Source: Clostridia bacterium (lineage in GTDB: Bacteria > Bacillota > Clostridia > Christensenellales > Aristaeellaceae). From it: a stretch of DNA of 32,000 nt. Within the stretch, counting starts at the first letter, position 1. Each line of letters opens with the position of its first letter. Positions 16,072-24,021 of this stretch are shown here, piece by piece. The position numbers and the translations under genes were made by a program. Below the pieces are notes generated by a model. The model was not told the DNA's origin. It saw only the letters and a list, made by a program, of their open reading frames with translations, and made no database searches. The DNA is taken from positions 60,039 to 92,038 of the forward strand of contig JAZRWA010000086.1 in NCBI GenBank assembly GCA_045599485.1, written 5' to 3'.

Positions 16072-16277
16072 TGCGGCTTCCTTTCGGTCAGACGTTCCCG
16101 GTGACCGTCCTCGTACTGGATGTAGGTGTTGTTCAGCTGTTCACGAAAACCGGCACGGAAATCGGCCAGATATTCCTGACGCAGGGCAGCCTGCTCTTCC
16201 AGTTCGGCGGCAGTCAGTCCCACGGTTTTTTTCTTTCTGGCCAGCTCGTTGATGCGGGCGACTTTCTCTTTGGTCAT
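16068..16277 (-). CDS. DUF896 (YnzC/UPF0291) family small protein
   Basis: MTKEKVARINELARKKKTVGLTAAELEEQAALRQEYL is typical of DUF896. Confidence 0.8.
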   Translation of the reverse strand: MTKEKVARINELARKKKTVGLTAAELEEQAALRQEYLADFRAGFREQLNNTYIQYEDGHRERLTERKPQ

Positions 16278-17245
16278 GCGTTCAGGGCCTTCTTTCGGTT
16301 GATCAGGCTGAGGGCGCAGGGCGCGGCCAGCAGCAGAGCATACACGGCGTAGAGCAGCAGACGGCTGGTTTCGGTGCGGTCGATCATGAACTCAATGCCC
16401 ACGATGCCGCCCACATCCAACGCCAGCACACCGATGATGATATACAGCGGCAGGTTCTTTTTTTCCTTTGCAGTGCGACGCAGGGTAAAAAGAACAGCGG
16501 GGATGGCCATCATGATGGCGGCTAGGATCTGCTGCATGTCCACAAAGGAACGGCGCATGTGGCTGTCAAAGCGCAGGCTTTCCCAGAAGGTCTGGGTAGC
16601 GCCGAACAGAAGCAGCGCCAGCAGCGCGGTGTCGCCCTTCAGGGATTTGTTTTTCATATAGAAGCAGAAGCAGACAAGCATCAGCACAAAGGCGGTCAGA
16701 TATTCAAACTGATAGGTCTTCAGCTTCCAGTCGTAGCCGTCCGTTTCGGAGAAGAAGGGGGATTTGACCACGCTCTCCACCAGCGTGCGGCTGCGTCCCA
16801 TCAATTCGGTAAAGCTCTCACCGATGCGCTCAAAGGCGATGAAGGCAAAGAAGGAAACAGCCAGAATATCCAGCAGTGCGGCCGCGCTGACCTTGCGGTT
16901 TTTGGCGGTCAGCACCGCGGCCAGTGCAGCGCCGCCGATGGCACCCACCATCGAATAACCGCCGCCCCAGAAGGAAACGGCTGCCCGCGGGGAGAACACG
17001 GCGTGAAAGCCAAAATCCAGCAGGCAGAACAGGATGCGGCTGACCACCAGACCGATGGGCAGTGCCAGGGCACCGAAGACGAGGGCGGTACCGTCCGTCA
17101 TGCGGGCCTTTTTGCACATCGCCGCAAACAGCAGCAGGGTCACCAGCACGCCGCCGGCGCACAGCAGACCGTACAGAAACACATTGGCGCCGAGGAAGGA
17201 AAACGAGGCGGTATCCTCAAAGGCTTCAAACAGGGCTTCGTTCAT
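16274..17245 (-). CDS. polytopic membrane protein, prolipoprotein diacylglyceryl transferase (Lgt)-like
   Basis: At least 7 hydrophobic segments. FWGGGYSMVGAIGGAALA and FWESLRFD resemble Lgt motifs. GGGGGAactgaaaATG start. The family call is tentative. Confidence 0.5.
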   Translation of the reverse strand: MNEALFEAFEDTASFSFLGANVFLYGLLCAGGVLVTLLLFAAMCKKARMTDGTALVFGALALPIGLVVSRILFCLLDFGFHAVFSPRAAVSFWGGGYSMVGAIGGAALAAVLTAKNRKVSAAALLDILAVSFFAFIAFERIGESFTELMGRSRTLVESVVKSPFFSETDGYDWKLKTYQFEYLTAFVLMLVCFCFYMKNKSLKGDTALLALLLFGATQTFWESLRFDSHMRRSFVDMQQILAAIMMAIPAVLFTLRRTAKEKKNLPLYIIIGVLALDVGGIVGIEFMIDRTETSRLLLYAVYALLLAAPCALSLINRKKALNA

Positions 17246-17247
17246 TT

Positions 17248-18231
17248 TCAGTTCCCCCAGGTGGCCGGGTCAACGGCGGATGCAAAGTAGATGATGTCGC
17301 TCTGGTCTCTCTCCTGCGCCTTCTGCATATAGAAGCCGCCGTTGAAGACCATGGTGGCGGTGTTGCCGCCGTCCAGGCAGAAGGCCTGCCGGCAGCCCAG
17401 GGCGTACATGAAGTCCGCCATCTGCTGCGCGGTGGCACCGGCAGAGGTGCTCATGCGGCCCTCGGCAACCACGCACACATAGGAGAGGGCATCCATCTGA
17501 CCGATGGCCAGACGGGGCTCTTTTTCGTTGGGGTTGTAGCTGTAGTTCTTGTCGACGGTCAGTTCCGCACCGTCCATGACCAGCGCCGGGCCGAAGGTGA
17601 AGGCGTTGATGATGGTGTGGCTGGTGGAGGAGACAAAGTCATCCACACCCGCGGATTTGATGAACAGATGGAAATCACCGTTTTCGTCGATGATCAGGAT
17701 ATCCTTGGTCTTGTTGGCCTTGTTGCGGATCTTGGTGCCCATGCGGTACTCAAAGCTGGTCTTGTTGGGGTCGTTGATGTAATAGTCGCCGCTGATGGCC
17801 AGCACCGCGTTGTATTTTTTGGCCATCGTGGAAACGAAGGCCGTTTTGCTGGAGGTCACCTTGGCGCCGGCAATGCCGGTGCGCATCTGGGAGGCGTCCT
17901 TGATCTGCACGTAGGCTACACGCCAGATGGTGCCGTCCTGCTCGATCTTCTGCAGCTGTACGCTGATGGAATCATCGTCATAGCTTTCTTCGGCATAGCC
18001 GGCGGGGTTGGGGGTCATACCGGGAGTGAAGTCGATGGGCAGGCTGTAGACGGCTTCCTCGGCGTTGGCGGAGGGCACCAGCAGGCGGAGCAGGGCTTCG
18101 CTGTTCCAGGCGTAGTCCATCCACTCGTACTGGTAATCGCTCAGCATCTTGCCGGAGGGAACGGCAAAGGGCAGAGCCAGCAGCATCACGGCGATGAGGG
18201 CGAAGAGAATGACTTTGGTGCTCTTTTTCAT
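17248..18231 (-). CDS. phosphodiester glycosidase (NAGPA/DUF2233) family protein, membrane-anchored
   Basis: N-terminal anchor MKKSTKVILFALIAVMLLAL. ISGDYY...TFGPALV...PRLAIGQ...CLDGGNTATMVFNG matches the family core. Confidence 0.8.
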   Translation of the reverse strand: MKKSTKVILFALIAVMLLALPFAVPSGKMLSDYQYEWMDYAWNSEALLRLLVPSANAEEAVYSLPIDFTPGMTPNPAGYAEESYDDDSISVQLQKIEQDGTIWRVAYVQIKDASQMRTGIAGAKVTSSKTAFVSTMAKKYNAVLAISGDYYINDPNKTSFEYRMGTKIRNKANKTKDILIIDENGDFHLFIKSAGVDDFVSSTSHTIINAFTFGPALVMDGAELTVDKNYSYNPNEKEPRLAIGQMDALSYVCVVAEGRMSTSAGATAQQMADFMYALGCRQAFCLDGGNTATMVFNGGFYMQKAQERDQSDIIYFASAVDPATWGN

Positions 18232-18250
18232 GATGGGAGGTTCCTTTCTC

Positions 18251-19714
18251 TCAGTTCATTTGTGTATCCAGATAATCCGTCATCAAAGGCGCAAGGTCGG
18301 TATGGGTGACGGATAAGAGAAGCGATTCAAAATCCGCCCGTGCGGCATAACCGAAGGCGAAGGCGTCGGCATAGGCGCGCAGGAACGGGGTCAGGTCACC
18401 GGCCAGCGTTTCCATCGCCAGCAGGCAGGCACAGCCGCGTCCGGTCACCACGGCGGAATAGACGTCATAGCTGCCAAAATAGCCGATCGGAGAGGCGGGG
18501 GTGACAGGGAGAGGGATGTATTCGCGCATCGGGGCATCGACCCGAAGCGTGACCAGATTGCGCCGGGCAGCGGCACCGCTGTTTTTCAGGGTGTAGCGCA
18601 GCATGGCGTATTCGGCCACGGCTTCATCCTGCCAGGGCTGACGGACGCTGTCGGAAGCTACCATGACGCCGAACCACTGGTGCGCCGTTTCATGGGCGAT
18701 GACCAGCTCCAGCGATTCTGCCCGATCCGAGGCAAAATGCGCATGATCGATCAGGGTGAAGGCGGTACCGGGCTCTGCGCTGAAGGGCAGAGCACCTTCG
18801 CACAGCACCAGCTGACCGTAGGGATAATCGCCCCACAGCGCCGTATAGGTGCGAAGCGCCTTGACGGCGTTCTGGACAGCTCGCTGCGCCGCGGCTTTTT
18901 CCCGTGCCCAGGCAGTGACCTGTATGCCGTCTGCCTGCCCGGAAGCGGCAACAAGATCGCGACTCAGCACAAAACTGAAATCCCGGGCGGCCAACAGCTG
19001 TGCGGTGTAGGTCACTGTTCCGTCGGAGTTTACGGTTTTGTCGCAGCGGCCGCCGCAGATCAGCTGCCAGTCCGAGGGCGCTTTGAGATGGACGGTGTAG
19101 TTGGCACAGCCGCTGATAAAGGGATCGCCGAGGGCACTGCAGCTGTCGGTGCGCCAGGCACCGTCCTGATAAAACGACAGCGTGGGCAGCGCGTGCAGCA
19201 TCTGTACGCCGTACGCCGTCTGCCCGAAGCGATGAGCACACAGGGGCAGGGACAGCACGCCGCGCAGCAGCAGAGTGCCGTTTTCCCCGGGCTGCAGCGG
19301 CGGGATGGGAATGTTCAGCACCGTGGGGTCCTGCACTTCCGGAGCGCAGGTAACGGCGGCATCGTTCCACCAGATACCCTGCAGCGTGAAGCCGCCGGCG
19401 GAAAAACCCTTCGGGTAACAGACGTCATACCATTCATCCAGGGCGGCAGGGCTTGCGGCCTCGTCAGAGAAGGCGTTGGCCCAAAGACGGACGCACAGGC
19501 TTTGCAGCTCATGACCCGTATCGTTGTGATAGTCAAGCGTCATGGTGACCGCCAGCGTGCTTTCCGCCGGGCGGAAAATCAGCTCATAATCATAACGGCT
19601 GAGCCCCGCGGAAGCATCCCGGGCGCGCTGCCCGGCGGTGACTTTTTTTGAATGCGGCCAGAGCAGCAAAGCCGCAAGGCACATCAAAAACAGACACAGC
19701 AAACAAAGCGGCAC
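18251..19714 (-). CDS. M1-family (gluzincin) metallopeptidase, membrane-anchored
   Basis: HETAHQWFG followed by WQDEAVAEY (HExxH-X18-E). Hydrophobic N-terminus. GTG start 6 nt after GAAAGG. Confidence 0.8.
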   Translation of the reverse strand: MPLCLLCLFLMCLAALLLWPHSKKVTAGQRARDASAGLSRYDYELIFRPAESTLAVTMTLDYHNDTGHELQSLCVRLWANAFSDEAASPAALDEWYDVCYPKGFSAGGFTLQGIWWNDAAVTCAPEVQDPTVLNIPIPPLQPGENGTLLLRGVLSLPLCAHRFGQTAYGVQMLHALPTLSFYQDGAWRTDSCSALGDPFISGCANYTVHLKAPSDWQLICGGRCDKTVNSDGTVTYTAQLLAARDFSFVLSRDLVAASGQADGIQVTAWAREKAAAQRAVQNAVKALRTYTALWGDYPYGQLVLCEGALPFSAEPGTAFTLIDHAHFASDRAESLELVIAHETAHQWFGVMVASDSVRQPWQDEAVAEYAMLRYTLKNSGAAARRNLVTLRVDAPMREYIPLPVTPASPIGYFGSYDVYSAVVTGRGCACLLAMETLAGDLTPFLRAYADAFAFGYAARADFESLLLSVTHTDLAPLMTDYLDTQMN

Positions 19715-19832
19715 GCGACGCCTTTCTATTATACACCTTCCTGCCGTGACCTGTCACCCCCGAACTTACAATTTTACGCTTTTTATCATACAATAAGAGG
19801 GCCCCCGATTGCAAAGAAAAAAAGCGTGTCGG

Positions 19833-19861
19833 TTGTAAATTATGTGTGAATATGCTAAAAT
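19833..19861 (+). promoter_or_regulatory. sigma-70-type promoter of the GNAT/hydrolase/murF-like/ddl operon
   Basis: TTGTAA (19833-19838), 17-nt spacer, TAAAAT (19856-19861). It overlaps the table start ATG 19842, which argues for the downstream GTG start. Confidence 0.45.
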
Positions 19862-19895
19862 ACCTCATGTATCAACTGAGCGAAAGGCTTCGATC

Positions 19896-20369
19896 GTGTT
19901 TGGTAAATTCTTTCTGAAACGGCGTTCGGTGTTCCGGGATGACCGGATTGCGCTGCTGATCTCTGACCGCAGCGAAACAGACCCCTCGATGGGCATCACC
20001 GACAGCTGGGTTTTTGATATTTATGAACTGGCTTCCCACCGTCGGGTGGGATATATCTCCCTGAGGATCGGGGAAAGCGCTTATCTGTATTACCTGGGGC
20101 ACATCGGCTATCGGGTGGATGAACCCTTCCGCGGTCATGGCTATGCCGGACGCGCCTGCCGTTTGCTGCGTCCGCTGCTTCGGCAGATGGGCATGAACAG
20201 TGTGGTCATCACCAACAATACCGAAAATACCCCCTCGCGGCGCACCTGCGAAAAGCTGGACTGCGAGCTGGAAAGCATCGTGCCGGTGCCGGCGCTCTAC
20301 CGCTATGCCTGCATGGACGCAACGGAAAAATGCCGCTATATCTGGCGTGTGGATGGGATGAAAGAATGA
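19896..20369 (+). CDS. GNAT-family N-acetyltransferase
   Basis: YRVDEPFRGHGYAGRACRLL is an acetyl-CoA binding motif. Start set at GTG 19896 (GAAAGG 8 nt upstream). The longest ORF begins at ATG 19842, so the start is uncertain. Confidence 0.7.
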   Translation: MFGKFFLKRRSVFRDDRIALLISDRSETDPSMGITDSWVFDIYELASHRRVGYISLRIGESAYLYYLGHIGYRVDEPFRGHGYAGRACRLLRPLLRQMGMNSVVITNNTENTPSRRTCEKLDCELESIVPVPALYRYACMDATEKCRYIWRVDGMKE

Positions 20370-21136
20370 AAGTTACGGTATCGGGCGTTGAAATCCATTA
20401 TGAGCAGTACGGCGCGGGCGAAGAGATTTTGTGCCTGCACGGCTGGGGCTGCGCGGTCAGGCATTTTGAGCCCATCGCCAAAGAGCTTGGCAAAAACCAT
20501 CATGTTACCGTGATCGATTTTCCCGCCCACGGTGAATCTTCCCGACCGCCTGAACCCTGGGGCGTGAAGGAATTCGGCGAGTGTACGCACAAGCTGATCG
20601 AGGCGTTGAAGCTGGGCAGGGTCGACATCATTGCCCATTCCTTTGGCGGCCGCGTGGCGCTGTATCTGGGGGCCCATCACCCCGGGGATGTGCGGCGGCT
20701 GGTGCTGACGGGCTGCGCGGGACTCAAAAAACCGCAGACCGAAGAGGGAAAAAAGCGTGCCGAGCAGTATCAGAAGCTCAAAAAGCTTTACGGCACGATC
20801 CAAAAGATCCCCTTTATGAAGGGCGCCGCTGAGGATGCCCTGAAGGCACTGCAGCAAAAATACGGCTCTGCCGATTACAACGCGCTGGATGATGAGATGA
20901 AAAAGACCTTTGTCAAGGTCGTCAATGAGGACCTGTCGCCGCTGCTTGCGCAGATTCAGGCATCCACGCTGCTGGTGTTTGGGGAAAACGACGCCGATAC
21001 ACCGCTGTGGATGGGGCAGCGGATGGAAAAGGAGATTCCCGACGCCGGACTGGTGGTATTCGAAAATGACGATCATTTTGCCTATCTGCGCCAGTGGCCG
21101 CGTTTCTGTGCCATTGTACAGGCCTTTCTGAAGTGA
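20366..21136 (+). CDS. alpha/beta-fold hydrolase
   Basis: MKVTVSGVEIHYEQYGAGEEILCLHGWG oxyanion region, nucleophile elbow AHSFGG, late DDHF. ATGA overlap with the GNAT stop. Confidence 0.85.
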   Translation: MKVTVSGVEIHYEQYGAGEEILCLHGWGCAVRHFEPIAKELGKNHHVTVIDFPAHGESSRPPEPWGVKEFGECTHKLIEALKLGRVDIIAHSFGGRVALYLGAHHPGDVRRLVLTGCAGLKKPQTEEGKKRAEQYQKLKKLYGTIQKIPFMKGAAEDALKALQQKYGSADYNALDDEMKKTFVKVVNEDLSPLLAQIQASTLLVFGENDADTPLWMGQRMEKEIPDAGLVVFENDDHFAYLRQWPRFCAIVQAFLK

Positions 21137-21144
21137 GGTTTTGC

Positions 21145-22713
21145 ATGTTTCTGACCGTATTGGCCGCCTGCGCGGCGGTTTTCGGCTGTCTGATGGTATC
21201 ACGGCGGCCGCTGCACTATTTTCAGCTGGAAAGCTATCAGTTTCCGGGCTACTGGAAAAGCTGCAGGCGCAACAGAAAACGACTGATGGTTTCCTGCATG
21301 CTGTGGCCCATGCTGTGGGGCGCGGCAGTGACCGTACTGGGCATTCTGGGCGCCCGGGGCGTATCGCTGTGGGGGTTGATTCCCCTGACGGTGGTGGTGA
21401 TCGCCTGGCAGCTGCTGTCCGCCTGGCGGCTGCAGCTGAAGCTGAAGCAGACGCCCGAAAAGAAAAAATTTGTGGTGACGGCCCGTGTCAAACGCCTGTA
21501 CGGCGCGCTGACGGCGGTGCTGCTCGCGGTGGCACTTTTCTGCGCGCCGCTGCTGGGCCTGCTGCCCCTTTGGGTCATGCTGGCGGGGCTCGTGGCCTGG
21601 CCGGTGGAGAAGGGCATTCAGCGTCTGTATATGCGGGACGCGCAGCGCAAAATGGAGGACGTGCCCGGTCTTATCCGCATCGGCATTACGGGCAGCTATG
21701 GCAAGACCAGCGTAAAAAACATGCTGTACGCCATCCTTTCGCAAAGGTACAATGTGCTTTCCACCCCATCCAGCTTCAACACCCCCATGGGTCTGACACG
21801 TGTGCTGCGGGAAAGGCTGGACAGCGGCCATCAGGTGTTTTTGGCAGAGATGGGCGCCCGTCACTGCCGGGATATCCGGGAGCTGACCGATTTTATCCAT
21901 CCCACCATCGGCATTCTGACCAGCGTGGGTCCGCAGCATCTGGATACCTTCAAAACGCTGGAAAACATCATCAGCACCAAATACGACCTGGTGCGGGCAT
22001 TGCCGCCGGAGGGCTTCGCGGTCTTTCCGGAAGACGGCGGCATCTGTACCGACCTGTACGAAAAGACAACGCACGTGCCCCGGTTGATCGCCGGACGCGT
22101 GGGCGGTGATGTGTGGGCGGAGGACATTTCCGTTTCTGCCCGCGGCAGCGCCTTTACGCTGTGCTTCGGCGATGGTGCAAAAGCGGCCTGCGAAACAAAA
22201 ATATTGGGTGCACACAACATCAGCAACATTCTGCTGTGCGCCGCGACCGCGCGCCGGCTGGGACTGACGCCCGCGCAGATCGCCCGCGGTATCAGCCAGA
22301 TCAAGCCGGTGGAGCACCGCCTGCAGCTGCTGGATCGTACCGGCAGCTATACCATCATCGATGATGCTTTCAACGCCAACCCCGCCGGTGCCAAACGCGC
22401 GCTGGAGGTGCTGCGTCTGTTCCCGGGACGAAGGGTGATCGTCACCCCCGGCATGGTGGAACTGGGCGCGGAGGAAGATCACTATAACCGCACCTTTGGC
22501 CGCCAGATGGCGGAGTGCGTGGATGTGGCCGTGCTCATCGGTCTCAGGCACACGCTGCCCATCCGTGAGGGGTTGCTGGAGGGCGGCTTCAAAGAAGAAA
22601 ACATCCACGCCTTTGCCAACCTCAATGAGGCGACTGTCTGGCTCAGGGGAGAAATGCGGCAGGGGGATTATGTTTTGTATGAAAACGACCTGCCCGATAA
22701 CTACAACGAATAA
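21145..22713 (+). CDS. murF: MurF-like Mur ligase (UDP-MurNAc-tripeptide--D-Ala-D-Ala ligase family) with an N-terminal polytopic membrane domain
   Basis: GITGSYGKTSVKNML P-loop, EMGARH, and DDAFNANPAGAKRALEVL are Mur-ligase/MurF-type motifs. The first ~165 residues contain about 4 hydrophobic helices. Start at ATG 21145 after GTGAGG. ddl lies directly downstream. Confidence 0.8.
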   Translation: MFLTVLAACAAVFGCLMVSRRPLHYFQLESYQFPGYWKSCRRNRKRLMVSCMLWPMLWGAAVTVLGILGARGVSLWGLIPLTVVVIAWQLLSAWRLQLKLKQTPEKKKFVVTARVKRLYGALTAVLLAVALFCAPLLGLLPLWVMLAGLVAWPVEKGIQRLYMRDAQRKMEDVPGLIRIGITGSYGKTSVKNMLYAILSQRYNVLSTPSSFNTPMGLTRVLRERLDSGHQVFLAEMGARHCRDIRELTDFIHPTIGILTSVGPQHLDTFKTLENIISTKYDLVRALPPEGFAVFPEDGGICTDLYEKTTHVPRLIAGRVGGDVWAEDISVSARGSAFTLCFGDGAKAACETKILGAHNISNILLCAATARRLGLTPAQIARGISQIKPVEHRLQLLDRTGSYTIIDDAFNANPAGAKRALEVLRLFPGRRVIVTPGMVELGAEEDHYNRTFGRQMAECVDVAVLIGLRHTLPIREGLLEGGFKEENIHAFANLNEATVWLRGEMRQGDYVLYENDLPDNYNE

Positions 22714-22724
22714 CGGAGGCACCT

Positions 22725-23921
22725 ATGGCTAAGATTCAGCTTGGCGTCATCTTCGGCAGCCGCAGCTGTGAACATGAAGTATCGGTCATCAGCGGTGTGC
22801 AGCTGGCCCGCGCGGCGGACCGTGAAAAATACGATGTATGGCCCATTTATATTGCCCGTGACGGCCGCTGGTATACCGGCGAAAAGCTGCTGGATATCAA
22901 GACCTACACCAACTTTGATCCCTTTGCCAAGGGACTGCGCCGTGTGACGCTCGATCTGACCGCAGGCAGCGGTGCGCTGATCTGCTACGAGGCGGCCAAA
23001 GGCCTTCTGGCCAAGGGCGTGACCCCGGTCACCCTGACGCGCCTGGACTGCGTCATTCCCGTGATGCACGGCCTCAATGGCGAGGACGGCACCCTGCAGG
23101 GGCTGCTGGAATTGGCCAACATTCCCTACAGCTCTTCCGGCGTGGCCGGCAGCGCCATCGGCATGGACAAGATTATGATGAAGCAGTTTTTCCGCGGTCA
23201 TGGCTTTCCCATTCTGCCGGATACCTGGGCGCTGCGCAGCGAGTGGAAAAAGGATCCCGACATGGTGATTTGCCGTGTGGAGGAAAACCTGCCTTACCCC
23301 GTGTTCTGCAAGCCGGCGTGCCAGGGCTCTTCCATCGGCGTCAGCCGTGCCGATAACCGTGAAAAGCTGAAGGAAGCGCTGGATCTGGCCTTCAGCTATG
23401 ATCGCCGTGTGCTGATCGAAAAGGGACTTCATAAGCCCGTGGAGGTCAACTGCTCCGTGCTGGGCTATGATGATGAAGTCGCGGCTTCCGTGACTGAGAT
23501 GCCCACCACCTCCGGCGGTGACTTTCTGGACTTTGCCGATAAGTACCTGTCCACCGGTGCCAGCAAGGGAATGGCCTCGCTCAAGCGTGTCATGCCCGCG
23601 CCTGTGGGTGAAAAGATGATCGCCCGCATCGAGGATGTTTCCAAGCGTGTTTTCCGTGCCATGGACTGCAAGGGCGTGGCGCGCATCGACTATATGCTGA
23701 CCGGTGAGGATGAGATGTACATCACCGAGATCAACACCATTCCCGGTTCCATGGCGTTTTATCTGTGGAACGAAAGCGGCCTGCCCTATCCCAAGCTGAT
23801 CGATAAGCTGGTGGAATATGCCCGCCGCGCGTGGGAAGACAAAAACGAAAACGATTATGCCTTCACCTCCGACATCCTGAACGGTGTGGTGCTGGGCGGC
23901 AAAAAAGGCGGAAAGCTTTGA
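22725..23921 (+). CDS. ddl: D-alanine--D-alanine ligase
   Basis: MAKIQLGVIFGSRSCEHEVSVISG, HGLNGEDGTLQGLLEL, GSSIGV and EINTIPG are canonical Ddl motifs. GGAGG SD. Confidence 0.93.
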   Translation: MAKIQLGVIFGSRSCEHEVSVISGVQLARAADREKYDVWPIYIARDGRWYTGEKLLDIKTYTNFDPFAKGLRRVTLDLTAGSGALICYEAAKGLLAKGVTPVTLTRLDCVIPVMHGLNGEDGTLQGLLELANIPYSSSGVAGSAIGMDKIMMKQFFRGHGFPILPDTWALRSEWKKDPDMVICRVEENLPYPVFCKPACQGSSIGVSRADNREKLKEALDLAFSYDRRVLIEKGLHKPVEVNCSVLGYDDEVAASVTEMPTTSGGDFLDFADKYLSTGASKGMASLKRVMPAPVGEKMIARIEDVSKRVFRAMDCKGVARIDYMLTGEDEMYITEINTIPGSMAFYLWNESGLPYPKLIDKLVEYARRAWEDKNENDYAFTSDILNGVVLGGKKGGKL

Positions 23922-23927
23922 TCTTAT

Positions 23928-23960
23928 TTCCGGGGACGCGGTGCGCCTCCGGAATTTTTA
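23928..23960 (+). terminator. intrinsic terminator after ddl
   Basis: 12-bp stem TTCCGGGGACGC / GCGCCTCCGGAA (one mismatch, one wobble), loop GGT, then TTTTTA. Confidence 0.65.
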
Positions 23961-24021
23961 TAGGGGGAAAACAAATATGATGCCGTAGTGGCAGGCACGC
24001 CTGAAGCATTGGAAACACGTA

